The translations under genes were made by a program, and so were the position numbers. A model generated the notes under the pieces. The model was not told the DNA's origin. It searched no databases and was given only the letters and a program-made list of their open reading frames with translations. DNA of 64,000 nt from an uncultured delta proteobacterium. GTDB taxonomy: Bacteria > Myxococcota_A > Polyangia > Fen-1088. Of this stretch, positions 19,919 through 29,392 are shown piece by piece. The stretch's first letter is position 1. The number at the start of each line of letters is the position of its first letter. The DNA lies in the NCBI GenBank assembly GCA_963737265.1, contig CAVTRY010000016.1:32001-96000 (forward strand), given 5' to 3'.

Positions 19919-20044
19919 TTCCCGTTTCGCGCCGGCATCCACGTTCACTACCAGGAGACGGTGCTGCACCTCGACGACGGCGTCCCCAAGCAGAAGGATC
20001 TACCGGCCGAGATGGGTGGCTCGAACCAGCTCATCGCAGCCTGA
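19919..20044 (+). pseudogene. 3' remnant of a GFA (glutathione-dependent formaldehyde-activating) family gene
   Basis: FPFRAGIHVHYQETVLHLDDGVPKQKDLPAEMGGS resembles GFA-family C-termini. No upstream Cys motifs in this frame. Confidence 0.6.
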
Positions 20045-20060
20045 CGGCGGCGGGCGCCGC

Positions 20061-22160
20061 TCAGTCGGCGCCCGTCACGCGCGCGGGGAGGACCACCATC
20101 GTCGCGCCGGCCCAGTAGAGGCGCTTCTGGATCGAGAGCGCGGTCTCGTTGTGCAAGAAGCGCTGGTACCAGCGCTCGTGCTCGAACACCACCTTGCCGG
20201 CGAAGAAGGTGACCACCGAGTAGTTCCGCATGATCGAGAGACAAAGCTTCTCGGCCTCCGCCACCGCGTCGGTGCCGACGGTGAAGTGATATTCGGACGG
20301 GATGCCCAGCTCGGTCGCCACCGCGCCGTAGCGTTTGAGCATCGCCTCGGTGCTCGCCTCCAGGGATTCGACCGCCTCCGCCCCCTTGAAGCCCCCGGAG
20401 TCGATCACGCCGACCGAGACGAACACCAGGTTCTTGAAGTGCGCCGGGAAGGCGCGGAACACGTTGAGGATGGTGTGGATGCCGATGCCGCCGAAGTTCG
20501 GCACCAGCACGGCCGCGGTCGGCGCGCGCCGGTCGGCGATCGGGATGGGCCTCAGGTCCGGCGAAGCGCCGATGTGCTTCACGTCTTGATAGAGCTGCGC
20601 CAATTTGAGGCGCACCCGCCGGTAGTGACCACGAATGACGAAGCAGAGCCCGATCACGGCGCCGGTGCAGAGGAGGGTGATCCAGCCACCCTCCTTGAAC
20701 TTCTCCATCACGGTGATGGTCAGGATCGTCGCGCAGAGCGCGAAGCCGACGCCGAACAGCAAGATCTTGCGGTGCCAGTGCCGCGCCTCGCGGCGGGTCT
20801 TCCAGGTGTGGCGGAGCATGCCGAACATCGACAGCGAGAAGGTCAGGAAGACGTTGATGCTGTACATGACGACCAGCGTTCCGACGTCGCCCTTGGTGTA
20901 GAGCAGCGCCACCAGCGAGGTCGCGCCCATCAGCACGATGCCGTTGTGGGTGGTCAGCCGATCCGACAGGGCGGCGAACCGCCGCGGCACCCAGGAGTCG
21001 ACCGCCATGTTCGCCAGGACGCGCGGCCCGTCGATGAAGCCGGCCTGCGCGGCGACGACCAGCAGAATCCCTTCGGACAGCATGGTCACCACGACCAGCA
21101 CGCGGCCGAGCGGGAGGTGCTCGGTCATGCGCTCGGCGAGCACGGCGTTCATCGTCTTGCCGTTTTCCGGCGTGATGTGCCAGAGCAGATAGCAGATGAG
21201 GAGCCCGGAGGCGGTGAAGGCCAGCGACGTCGCCATGTAGACCATCGTCCGCTTGGCGGTCTGCACGCGCGGCTCGCGCATGATGGGCAGGCCGTTCGAG
21301 ACCGCCTCGATCCCGGTGTAGGTCCCGCCGCCGAGGGAGTAGGCGTGCACGAACAGCAGGAGCATCCCGCCCATCCCCAGCGTGCCGAGGCCGTGGTGAA
21401 AGCCGGTACCGACGGCGCGCGCCGTGGCGGGCAGCTCGGGGGCGTGGACCAGGATGCCTCCCACGATGAGCGCCAGGTGGGTCACGCAAAACAGCAGGAA
21501 GACCGGCGCCAGCGCCATGGCCGACTCCTTCGCCCCGCGGAGGTTGAGCGTGGTGAGCGCGGCGATGAAGGTGATCTCGAGCGGCATCTTGAGCGCGATC
21601 CACCCGGGGGGGAGAAAGCTGAAGATGGCGTCGCCGGCCGCGGCGATCGAGACGGTGATGGTGAGGATGTAGTCGACCAGCAGCGCGGAGCCCGAGGTGA
21701 CGCCGGCCGCCTTTCCGAGCAGCTTGGTGGCGACCACATAGCCGCCGCCGCCGTGCGGGAACTGCTCGATGATGCCGCGATACGCGGCCGAGATGATGAA
21801 CACCGTCATCGCCATGACCGCGGCGAGCGCGACCGCCAGGTAGGTGTGCTCGTGGAGGTTCCGGAACGCCTCCTCAGGACCGTAGGCAGACGAGGAGAGC
21901 CCGTCGGCCCCCAGGCCCACCCAGGCCAGGAACGGGATCAGCGAGATGTGGTGGAAGATCCGCGAGTCGTGGAGGTCGCGCGGGCTGCCGAACAGCGCGC
22001 GTTTGACGCGCACGCCGAACGAACGGTCGCTTTCATAGCTTCCGGAGATCTCCGAGGTGACCGAGGTTGCCCGCGGAACGCCGTCCGCGAGCGGGGGGGG
22101 GACTGCTCGGCCGGTGCAGCAACAGACGACGAAGACTCCGGTTGACTCATGCGAAGGCAT
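20061..22160 (-). CDS. APC-family transporter, YdaO/KimA-like K+ (or amino acid) permease
   Basis: DGLSSSAYGPEE, GGGGYVVA and TGIEAVSNG motifs, multiple TM helices and a cytosolic C-terminal domain. 5' end ambiguous (poly-C tract). Confidence 0.88.
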   Translation of the reverse strand: MPSHESTGVFVVCCCTGRAVPPPLADGVPRATSVTSEISGSYESDRSFGVRVKRALFGSPRDLHDSRIFHHISLIPFLAWVGLGADGLSSSAYGPEEAFRNLHEHTYLAVALAAVMAMTVFIISAAYRGIIEQFPHGGGGYVVATKLLGKAAGVTSGSALLVDYILTITVSIAAAGDAIFSFLPPGWIALKMPLEITFIAALTTLNLRGAKESAMALAPVFLLFCVTHLALIVGGILVHAPELPATARAVGTGFHHGLGTLGMGGMLLLFVHAYSLGGGTYTGIEAVSNGLPIMREPRVQTAKRTMVYMATSLAFTASGLLICYLLWHITPENGKTMNAVLAERMTEHLPLGRVLVVVTMLSEGILLVVAAQAGFIDGPRVLANMAVDSWVPRRFAALSDRLTTHNGIVLMGATSLVALLYTKGDVGTLVVMYSINVFLTFSLSMFGMLRHTWKTRREARHWHRKILLFGVGFALCATILTITVMEKFKEGGWITLLCTGAVIGLCFVIRGHYRRVRLKLAQLYQDVKHIGASPDLRPIPIADRRAPTAAVLVPNFGGIGIHTILNVFRAFPAHFKNLVFVSVGVIDSGGFKGAEAVESLEASTEAMLKRYGAVATELGIPSEYHFTVGTDAVAEAEKLCLSIMRNYSVVTFFAGKVVFEHERWYQRFLHNETALSIQKRLYWAGATMVVLPARVTGAD

Positions 22161-22168
22161 GCTACCTA

Positions 22169-22185
22169 CGCAATGTGTATGCCTT
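22169..22185 (-). promoter_or_regulatory. Putative sigma-54 promoter of the APC transporter
   Basis: Minus strand reads aGG-CATACACATT-GC (GG-N10-GC). Confidence 0.6.
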
Positions 22186-22238
22186 GTTTCCGCGACGGTA
22201 ATTGCCTGTAAAAATCATGCGTTATGCTTCATCCCGCA

Positions 22239-22286
22239 TTGCAAAACACAACGAACCAGGGTGGTCAGGGTTGCATATTGAAACGA
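22239..22286. promoter_or_regulatory. Putative activator (bEBP) binding sites
   Basis: TTGCA-N6-AACGA at 22239 and 22271, 32 bp apart, upstream of the sigma-54 motif. Confidence 0.45.
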
Positions 22287-22310
22287 TTCGCCTGACCGCG
22301 ACCGCGGGGG

Positions 22311-23201
22311 CTATCGCGTTCCGCTGAACCCCTCTTTGGCCAGCGCCTCCTGGAGAGCTGCCAAGCTTCCATCGCAGGCAGCCACCAGCTCCGGCGCGCG
22401 GCGAAGCGCCAGCGCGAGCGAGCGAACGTTGCTGTTGCGGCGCGAGAGCGCGACCAGCTCGGCCGAGAGCTTGTCGAAGCGGCCGAGAGCCGCGCTGGCC
22501 GCGTCGAGCTGCCGCACCAGCGGGGCGCTGGCGCCCGCGCCGAGGCCCTTGAGCGCGTCCCGCGCGACGCCGAGCCGCTCCGTCATCTGCTTTTCGATCT
22601 TCGTCATCGCCGAATCGTCGGACTCCGCGATGTGCGGGGCCTGCAGGATCTGGATCTCGCGCACCGCCAGCTCGGCGCGCGCCACCAGCCCATCGACGCG
22701 ACAGCAATCCTTCGCCGGCGCCAGCTGCGCGGCGGTCTGCAGAGCGTCCCGGAATCCGTCGGCAGTCTCTCGAACGGGGCCGAACGAGAGGCGCTGCGCC
22801 TTGAGGTTGGTGTTCTGGACCGCCAGGTCGAGGACCTCGTGGTCGAGCTTGCGGTAGGCGGCAAAGTGATCGCTGAAGTCCTGCAGCGCTCGCTGCTCGG
22901 GGGCGTAGCCGAGACTCTGCAGCCGCCCCGAGAGCGCCGTCGAGTCACTTTCGATCGCGCCCACGGCTTTGTCGGCTTCGCGGGCGAACGCGACCGACTC
23001 CTCGTCCGTGTCGGCCATGACGGCGCGATCTGAGGCGTTCGAGGTCTTGGCCAGCTGAACGCGCAGATCGTCGGCCAGGCGGCGCGCCTCGGCGAGCTGC
23101 GTGAACGCCGGATCGGGCGCGTTCCGGCAACCGGGAACCGCCAAGCCGAGCGCGAGCGCGACGACGGTAGGGATGAGCCTGAGCGCGGCGATCCTGTTCA
23201 T
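22311..23201 (-). CDS. Lipoprotein with chemoreceptor-like four-helix-bundle domains and no signalling domain
   Basis: Lipobox VPGC; all-helical; two internal repeats (..LAVQNTNLKA / ..LSRRNSNVRS). Confidence 0.7.
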   Translation of the reverse strand: MNRIAALRLIPTVVALALGLAVPGCRNAPDPAFTQLAEARRLADDLRVQLAKTSNASDRAVMADTDEESVAFAREADKAVGAIESDSTALSGRLQSLGYAPEQRALQDFSDHFAAYRKLDHEVLDLAVQNTNLKAQRLSFGPVRETADGFRDALQTAAQLAPAKDCCRVDGLVARAELAVREIQILQAPHIAESDDSAMTKIEKQMTERLGVARDALKGLGAGASAPLVRQLDAASAALGRFDKLSAELVALSRRNSNVRSLALALRRAPELVAACDGSLAALQEALAKEGFSGTR

Positions 23202-23469
23202 GCGGCCTCACCTTCGCAAGCAGGGAACGAATTCGCAAGTCGGGGACGCCGACGGTCGGCGGCGGCGCCACCGCCACCGCCTGGGCGATCCTTCGGCTGC
23301 CGCCATTCTGCTGCGTTGGAGGTTTCGAAATAGGAAGATCGTGCGATTAGAAATATTTGAGGACGCTCGTTGTCGACGGGTCGAAACAATCGCTTGGGAT
23401 CCATTTAACCGCGAAATGCGTTCTAACCGAGGGTCGAGCAGATAGTGTTCGAGGCATGGAGGACTCAAG

Positions 23470-25092
23470 ATGACCTCGGCGCCCACCACTGGAATCCTCG
23501 GCAAACCCAAGCTCTGGGTGCCGGGTGACTGGAACGCCTTCTTCGGGTTCGGCACCAACATTCTCGTGAATCTGCTGACGCTCAGCGCGTTGCTGAGGTT
23601 CGTCCTGCAGATGCCCGACGAGCTGGTGTTCAAGCGCATCCTCCCCGCGTCGGGGCTCATGATGTGTATGAGCACCTTCTATTACGCGTCGCTGGCCTAT
23701 CGGCTGGCGAAGAAGACGGGGCGCTCCGACGTCTGCGCGCTCCCTTCAGGGATCAGCGTTCCGCACATGTTCATCGTCACGCTGGTCATCATGTTGCCGG
23801 TCAAGCTGGCGACCGGTGATCCAATGAAGGGCTGGCAGGCGGGGCTGACCTGGGTGTTCATTCAGAGCTTCGTGCTGATGGCGGGCGGCTTCATTGCCCC
23901 CATCATCCGCCGGATCACGCCCAAGGCCGCTCTGCTCGGCGCCCTGGCAGGCGTCTCCATCACCTTCATCTCCATGAAGCCCGCGCTGGAGATGTTCCTG
24001 ACCCCGATGGTCGGGATCGTCTGCTTCGCGATCATTCTCGTCAGCTGGTTCGGCGGCGTGAAGTTCGGCGGCATTCCCGCCGGCCTGGTCGCGATCGCCG
24101 CGGGCACCATCATCGCCTGGGGCTCCAATCTGTTTGGCCTGCATTTCGGCGGAATGAGCGCCGAGGCGCTCAAGGGTTCCTTCCAGACGTTCAGCTTCTC
24201 CGTTCCGCATCCGGTGATTGGTCTGGTGCTCGGCGGGCTGCACTGGTCGTTCCTGAAAATAATTCTCGTCACCGCCATCCCCTTCGGCATCTACGACCTC
24301 GTCGAAGCGATGGACAACGTCGTCAGCGCCTCGGCGGCCGGCGACGAATATCCGACGACCCGCGTTCTGACCGCCGACGGCGTGGTCAGCCTCATCGGCT
24401 GCTTGATGGGAAATCCCTACATCAATGCCGTCTACATCGGGCATCCCGGCTGGAAGGCGATGGGCGGGCGCATCGGCTACTCGGCCGCCACGGGGGTGAT
24501 GGTCATCATCCTCTCCTGGTTCGGCATCATCTCGCTCATGACGGCGCTGATCCCGGTGGTGGCGATCTCGCCGATCTTGCTCTACATCGGCATGCTGATC
24601 GGCTCGCAGGCGTTTCAGGAGACGCCACGTCGCCACGCACCGGCGGTGGTCATCGCGCTGTTCCCCTCGCTGGCGGCCTGGGGCAAGCTGCAGATCGACA
24701 ACTCGCTCAGCGCCATCTCCGGCATCCACCTGGTGACCCCCGAGATGATCGGCAAGATGCAGCAGGTCGGCATCATGTACCACGGCCTGTCGATCCTCGG
24801 CGGTGGGTCGATCCTGGCCGGCGTCATCCTGGGGGCCACCACGACGTTCATCATTGATCGCAACTTCTCGAAGGCCGCGGGGTTCGCGGCCGCCGGGGGC
24901 GCGCTGACGTTCCTCGGCCTCATGCACGGCGAGGAGGTGGGCGCGTTCCAAAATCCCACCGTGGTGGTCGCTTATTTCGCGGTCGCCACCGTCCTTTACG
25001 CCTGCAGTCGCTTCTCCGCTGTGGTTCCGCTGCCGGCGTCGGCGCACGAAGAGCACGAAGAGCACGCGGAGCACGCGCTGGCACTGGAGTAG
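23470..25092 (+). CDS. NCS2/AzgA-like nucleobase-type permease
   Basis: GDWNAFFG, ALPSGISVP and YIGHPGWKAMGGR motifs; many TM helices; His/Glu-rich tail. Confidence 0.8.
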   Translation: MTSAPTTGILGKPKLWVPGDWNAFFGFGTNILVNLLTLSALLRFVLQMPDELVFKRILPASGLMMCMSTFYYASLAYRLAKKTGRSDVCALPSGISVPHMFIVTLVIMLPVKLATGDPMKGWQAGLTWVFIQSFVLMAGGFIAPIIRRITPKAALLGALAGVSITFISMKPALEMFLTPMVGIVCFAIILVSWFGGVKFGGIPAGLVAIAAGTIIAWGSNLFGLHFGGMSAEALKGSFQTFSFSVPHPVIGLVLGGLHWSFLKIILVTAIPFGIYDLVEAMDNVVSASAAGDEYPTTRVLTADGVVSLIGCLMGNPYINAVYIGHPGWKAMGGRIGYSAATGVMVIILSWFGIISLMTALIPVVAISPILLYIGMLIGSQAFQETPRRHAPAVVIALFPSLAAWGKLQIDNSLSAISGIHLVTPEMIGKMQQVGIMYHGLSILGGGSILAGVILGATTTFIIDRNFSKAAGFAAAGGALTFLGLMHGEEVGAFQNPTVVVAYFAVATVLYACSRFSAVVPLPASAHEEHEEHAEHALALE

Positions 25093-25107
25093 GTTTAGCG
25101 ACTACAG

Positions 25108-25476
25108 GTGCGGCGCGGGCGCGTCCGAGGAATCGTTCGGTTCAGGGATTCCCTGGACCGTCGATGCTATCTTCCAGGCGCCTTGTCGATTCGCAAAGCG
25201 ATTGCCTGGTTGTTGGACGTCGGGGACGGAAGCGAGGTCGCCGCGCTCGAGGCGGCGCGCTCTCGCGATCGGCGAGAAGAGACCCGCCCGCATCAGACCC
25301 TCGAAGGCCCCCTCTACGGAGAGGCGGAGGCGATTCGCGTTCTCTATCAGACGGGCATTCAGGAAGAGAGCCCCCCGAAGCCGCCGCGTCCGAAGAGTGG
25401 GCGTGGATTGTGGGTCGCGCGCTACGTGAATTCGTTGAGCTCCTCGCTGCCCGAGCCCGCCGCGGCGAAAGCCTAG
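25108..25476 (+). CDS. Hypothetical protein
   Basis: ORF filling the gap between same-strand genes; no motif. Confidence 0.4.
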   Translation: MRRGRVRGIVRFRDSLDRRCYLPGALSIRKAIAWLLDVGDGSEVAALEAARSRDRREETRPHQTLEGPLYGEAEAIRVLYQTGIQEESPPKPPRPKSGRGLWVARYVNSLSSSLPEPAAAKA

Positions 25477-25552
25477 GTCGGCGTCAGCGGCCAGTCGGGT
25501 CCGAGCCCGGTTGTCGCGGAGGCGCGCGGCGCGGGTGTAGCCTCCGGGGCAA

Positions 25553-27223
25553 GTGCCCACGACGAGAGCCCCCGCGCAGCCGGAGAGGCCGGAGCCCTGG
25601 CGCCGGGCCTTGCTGGTCTCGTTGCCCGGCCTGGCGTTCCTGCTGGGCTGCTTCCCCCTGGCCGACTTCGATGTCTGGTGGCACCTGCGCACCGGGCAGC
25701 TGATCCTCGCAACCCACACGGTCCCGCGCTTCGACCTCTTCACGTACACGAACGCCACCCGGCCCTGGATCGACGTCTACTGGCTGTACCAGGTCGGGAT
25801 GGCGCTGCTCTACCGCGCGGGTGGCGCGTCCGCGCTGGTGCTGCTGAAAGCGATCGCTGGCGCGGGGATCGTCGGCCTTTCCCTGCTGGGGCGCCGGCCG
25901 GGTCACCGTGCCTGGCCCGTGGCCCTCGCCTGGCTCCCCGGCGTGTTGATGGTCTCCGGGCGCCTCTCCGAACGGCCGGAGGCCGCCGCGCTGGTGTTGC
26001 TCACCGCCTATTTGGTTCTGCTGGCGCGCGCGCCCAGGGCACCGCGTGGGCTCTGGCTGCTGCCGATTCTTCAGCTGCTGTGGGTCAACTGCCACGGGTT
26101 CTTCGTGCTCGGTCCGTTCGTGCTCGCGGCCTACGCGACGGAGTGGGTGGTCGAGCGGCTAAGACCCGCCGCGCTGCCCGCGGACCGTCCCCCAGCGCGC
26201 ACCTTCGTCGCCGCCGGCCTCTTGTCCCTGCTCGCCTGTTTGATCAATCCGTACGGGGCCAGGGTCGTGACATTGCCCCTCGAACAGTTCCTCAAGCTCG
26301 GCAGCGCCGCCGGCCTCTATCGCGGCACCATCGGCGAGCTGAAGACGGCGGGGGACTTCATTGCCGCCGCTGGTCTCTGGAACCCCTACCTGCTCGCCTA
26401 TTTCGCCACCATCCTGCTGGGCTTGGTCAGCTTCGTCGTGTGCGCGCGGCGCGCCCAGCTGCGCCTGTTTCGGGCGCTGCTCTTCACCGCGGGTGCCTAT
26501 CTCGCCTGGCAGGCCACCCGCAACAACGGCCTCTTCGGGGTGCTCGCCGTGCTCGTCACGACGTGGAATTTCGACGACGCCCTGGCTGCCCGCCCCCCCG
26601 CTGACGCCGCGCCCGCGAAGAAGGCGCGCCGGCGAGCTCCCGCCGGCAAGGCCGCGAAGGAATCAAGAGCCTCGAAGGCCCGCCGTCGGCCAGAACCAAA
26701 CGCCGTCTTGCTCCTCGCTGTCGGCGCGCTCGGATTGGCCGTCGCGACGGGCAGGCTCTATGCCTGGTCCGGCGAAGGTCGTCGGGTGGGATTGGGCGAG
26801 CGGCCCCGCTGGTTCGCCCACGACGCCTGCGCGTTCCTGGCGCGACCGGATCTCCCCGCGCGCATCGTCGCCTACAACATCAGCCAGGCCGCGGTTTGCA
26901 TCGCGCACAGCGCGCCCCAACACAAGCAGTTCATGGACCCCCGGCTGGAGGTCAACACGCAAGAGACCTTCGAACGCTACCTGGCCGGAATCCGACGGCT
27001 GTGGAACAACGACGTCAGCTGGGAAAACGCCCTGGGCATCGACTACGGCCGGCCGGAGGAGATCCCCGCCATCCTGATCGAGCGCGGGCCTCTGGGGCGC
27101 GCCGCGGAGATCCTGGGCCACGATCCGCGCTGGCGCTGCGTCTTCGCCGATCAGCTGGCCACGGTGTTCGTGGCGACGCGCTTCGCCGAGCAGCACCAGT
27201 TGCCGGCGGTCCCCCTTCATTGA
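25553..27223 (+). CDS. Integral membrane protein, probable GT-C glycosyltransferase-like
   Basis: DFDVWWHL.TG, RPE, LWVNCHG.F, INPYG and F.DPR.E motifs. Confidence 0.7.
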   Translation: MPTTRAPAQPERPEPWRRALLVSLPGLAFLLGCFPLADFDVWWHLRTGQLILATHTVPRFDLFTYTNATRPWIDVYWLYQVGMALLYRAGGASALVLLKAIAGAGIVGLSLLGRRPGHRAWPVALAWLPGVLMVSGRLSERPEAAALVLLTAYLVLLARAPRAPRGLWLLPILQLLWVNCHGFFVLGPFVLAAYATEWVVERLRPAALPADRPPARTFVAAGLLSLLACLINPYGARVVTLPLEQFLKLGSAAGLYRGTIGELKTAGDFIAAAGLWNPYLLAYFATILLGLVSFVVCARRAQLRLFRALLFTAGAYLAWQATRNNGLFGVLAVLVTTWNFDDALAARPPADAAPAKKARRRAPAGKAAKESRASKARRRPEPNAVLLLAVGALGLAVATGRLYAWSGEGRRVGLGERPRWFAHDACAFLARPDLPARIVAYNISQAAVCIAHSAPQHKQFMDPRLEVNTQETFERYLAGIRRLWNNDVSWENALGIDYGRPEEIPAILIERGPLGRAAEILGHDPRWRCVFADQLATVFVATRFAEQHQLPAVPLH

Positions 27224-27260
27224 GGCCGTCCGGTGGAACCCGAAGCGAGGACGGTGGACC

Positions 27261-28634
27261 TCAGATGGTTCTCGAGAACCGCCGCTCGTCTTGACCGAGG
27301 TACGCGTCGAACGTCATCGCCAGATTGCGAATCAGCAACCGCCCTGTGTCGGTGACGGTGAGCGCGTTGTCGTCGATGGTCACGAGACCATCCGAGGCCG
27401 GGCCAGCGAAGGCCGCGAGCTCCGGGGCGAAATGATCAGCGAAGTCGACGGCGAGGGTCTTCGAGAGAGCCCTGTAGTCCAGCGACAGATCACACATCAG
27501 GCGCATGATCACTTCGCGGCGCAGGATGTCCTCGTCGCTCAAGAACCGCGCTCGACTGACGGGCAGCTGGCCGGAGTCGAGGCGAGCATAGTAGGCGTCG
27601 AGCGTCTTTTCGTTCTGCCGGTAGTGCGTGGTCGTCTGCGAGATCGAAGACATCCCGAAGGCGTAGATATCGACGCCGGCTCGCGTGCTGTAGCCCTGGA
27701 AGTTGCGCTGGAGTGTGTGCGCGCGTTGCGCGACGGCGAGCTCATCGTCTTCACGCGCGAAGTGATCCATCCCGATGTAGACGTAGCCCCGCTCGGTCAG
27801 CGTCTCGATTCCCTGTTTCAGCATGGCCAGCTTTGCTTCGGGGCTCGGCGCCTCCGCCATCGGAAGCAGCTTTTGCGCCGGTTTCAACCGAGGCATGTGG
27901 GCGTAGCTGAACATGGCGAGGCGATCGGGCTGGAGCTCGAGCGCGAGGTCCAGCGTGCGCGCGAAGGAGGCCGGCGTCTGGCGAGGTAGACCGTAGATGA
28001 GGTCGAGGTTGAGCGATCGGTAGCCGGTCTGGCGGATCCACTCCGCCGCGCGATCACTCACCTCCTTCGGTTGAATCCTGTGGATCGCTTGCTGGACGGC
28101 AGAATCGAAGTCCTGGATACCAAAGGAGGCGCGATTGGCGCCGAGCTCGCGGAACGCCTGCACCTGTTCGAGGGTCAGACGCCGTGGATCCAGCTCGACG
28201 CCAATCTCGACTCCCGCTTCCAATGAGAAGTGCGCGCGAAGCATGGCCGCCAGGCGCGCGATCTGTCGGGGCGAAAGAAAATTGGGCGTGCCTCCTCCGA
28301 GGTGGACCTGCACCACGCGGCTGTCCGGGTGCAGCTCCTTCGCCGTCAGAGCGAGCTCCTTGTCGAGGTAGTCGAGGTAAGTATCCGCGCGACCGCGGTC
28401 GCGACCGATGATGGTCGTGCACCCGCAGAACCAACAGAGCGACTCGCAGAACGGCAGATGGAAATAGAGCGACATCGGTCGCGCGCTCCGACTGCTCGCG
28501 CGAAGGTCCTGTAACAGCGCGTCGCGAGAAAAGTGCTCCGTGAATTCCAGCGCGGTCGGATACGAGGTGTAGCGCGGTCCCGGCACGTCGTACTTGCGGA
28601 TCAGATCGAGGTCAACGTGAAGACGGGCGGTCAT
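27261..28634 (-). CDS. hemN: Oxygen-independent coproporphyrinogen III oxidase (radical SAM)
   Basis: GPRYTSYPTA, CESLCWFC, GGGTP, IGMDHFA and RNFQGY motifs. Confidence 0.96.
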   Translation of the reverse strand: MTARLHVDLDLIRKYDVPGPRYTSYPTALEFTEHFSRDALLQDLRASSRSARPMSLYFHLPFCESLCWFCGCTTIIGRDRGRADTYLDYLDKELALTAKELHPDSRVVQVHLGGGTPNFLSPRQIARLAAMLRAHFSLEAGVEIGVELDPRRLTLEQVQAFRELGANRASFGIQDFDSAVQQAIHRIQPKEVSDRAAEWIRQTGYRSLNLDLIYGLPRQTPASFARTLDLALELQPDRLAMFSYAHMPRLKPAQKLLPMAEAPSPEAKLAMLKQGIETLTERGYVYIGMDHFAREDDELAVAQRAHTLQRNFQGYSTRAGVDIYAFGMSSISQTTTHYRQNEKTLDAYYARLDSGQLPVSRARFLSDEDILRREVIMRLMCDLSLDYRALSKTLAVDFADHFAPELAAFAGPASDGLVTIDDNALTVTDTGRLLIRNLAMTFDAYLGQDERRFSRTI

Positions 28635-28676
28635 GGTTCTCGATTCAGCGAGGTCTGGGACACGGGCTGGCCTGAC

Positions 28677-28692
28677 TGCAAGAGAGGAGCCA
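28677..28692 (-). promoter_or_regulatory. Putative sigma-54 promoter of hemN
   Basis: Minus strand reads TGG-CTCCTCTCTT-GCA. Confidence 0.6.
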
Positions 28693-28706
28693 CGGACGGC
28701 TGGGCG

Positions 28707-29330
28707 TCAAGCGAAGGCGGAGTGCGGCGCGCCTGGCCCGACCCAGGATCGAAGCGCTGCCAGCGTCACGGGCGGCGAGGCCGCCACCGGGCTCTCGAGA
28801 GTGGCTTCGACGCGCGCCACGATGGTGATCGTCTCTCCGAGAAGTTGATCGCTCAGCCAGTGTCCCACGCCCCACTTCTTGTGCAGGCCGAGCGCTTTCC
28901 GATCGATGGACGCCCTGGCCGTACAGACGAAGCGGGGTGTTCCGGCGGGGTCGATCTTCATCGCGTATGTGTCGACAACGACGGAGATCTCCTTCCGATA
29001 GGCGCGGAGACCGAGCCACCCCACGAGGGTGAGCCGATCCGAGCCGTCGATCTCCAGGCGCTCGCCGTCGAAGTCCAGGGCCGGCTCCCAGCGCTGATCG
29101 AACAGCTCCGTGCGCAGGATCGCGTCGTCGCGGTTGGGCGACCCCGTGTCGATGCTCGAGAGCTCTACCCAGATCCTCGCTGCGCCCCTTCGAGGATTTG
29201 CCTCGTCAATCAGGACCTGACCACCCCAACAACGGAACTGCCCGGCAATCTCGCCGAGCAGCTTGTGGTGGAGGCCGAATCCCAACGTCGATCGTTCCAC
29301 ATCGATCTTCCAATGCTCCTGAGTCTCCAT
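28707..29330 (-). CDS. YceI family protein
   Basis: W.ID...S..GF...H, SIDTG...RD..L and IDR..G motifs; GGAAGG RBS. Confidence 0.85.
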   Translation of the reverse strand: METQEHWKIDVERSTLGFGLHHKLLGEIAGQFRCWGGQVLIDEANPRRGAARIWVELSSIDTGSPNRDDAILRTELFDQRWEPALDFDGERLEIDGSDRLTLVGWLGLRAYRKEISVVVDTYAMKIDPAGTPRFVCTARASIDRKALGLHKKWGVGHWLSDQLLGETITIVARVEATLESPVAASPPVTLAALRSWVGPGAPHSAFA

Positions 29331-29392
29331 CGCGAGCCTTCCTTCGATCCAGATGGACGTCGTGCCAGATGGACGTCGCGGGCGCCCCTCCG

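Noticed and set aside
22060-22310. c-di-AMP (ydaO) riboswitch upstream of the KimA-like gene
   Set aside because: I could not find the conserved riboswitch segments; a sigma-54 layout fits better. An Infernal/Rfam scan would settle it.
29349-29378. 14-bp direct repeat CCAGATGGACGTCG before yceI
   Set aside because: Only two copies; most simply a local duplication.
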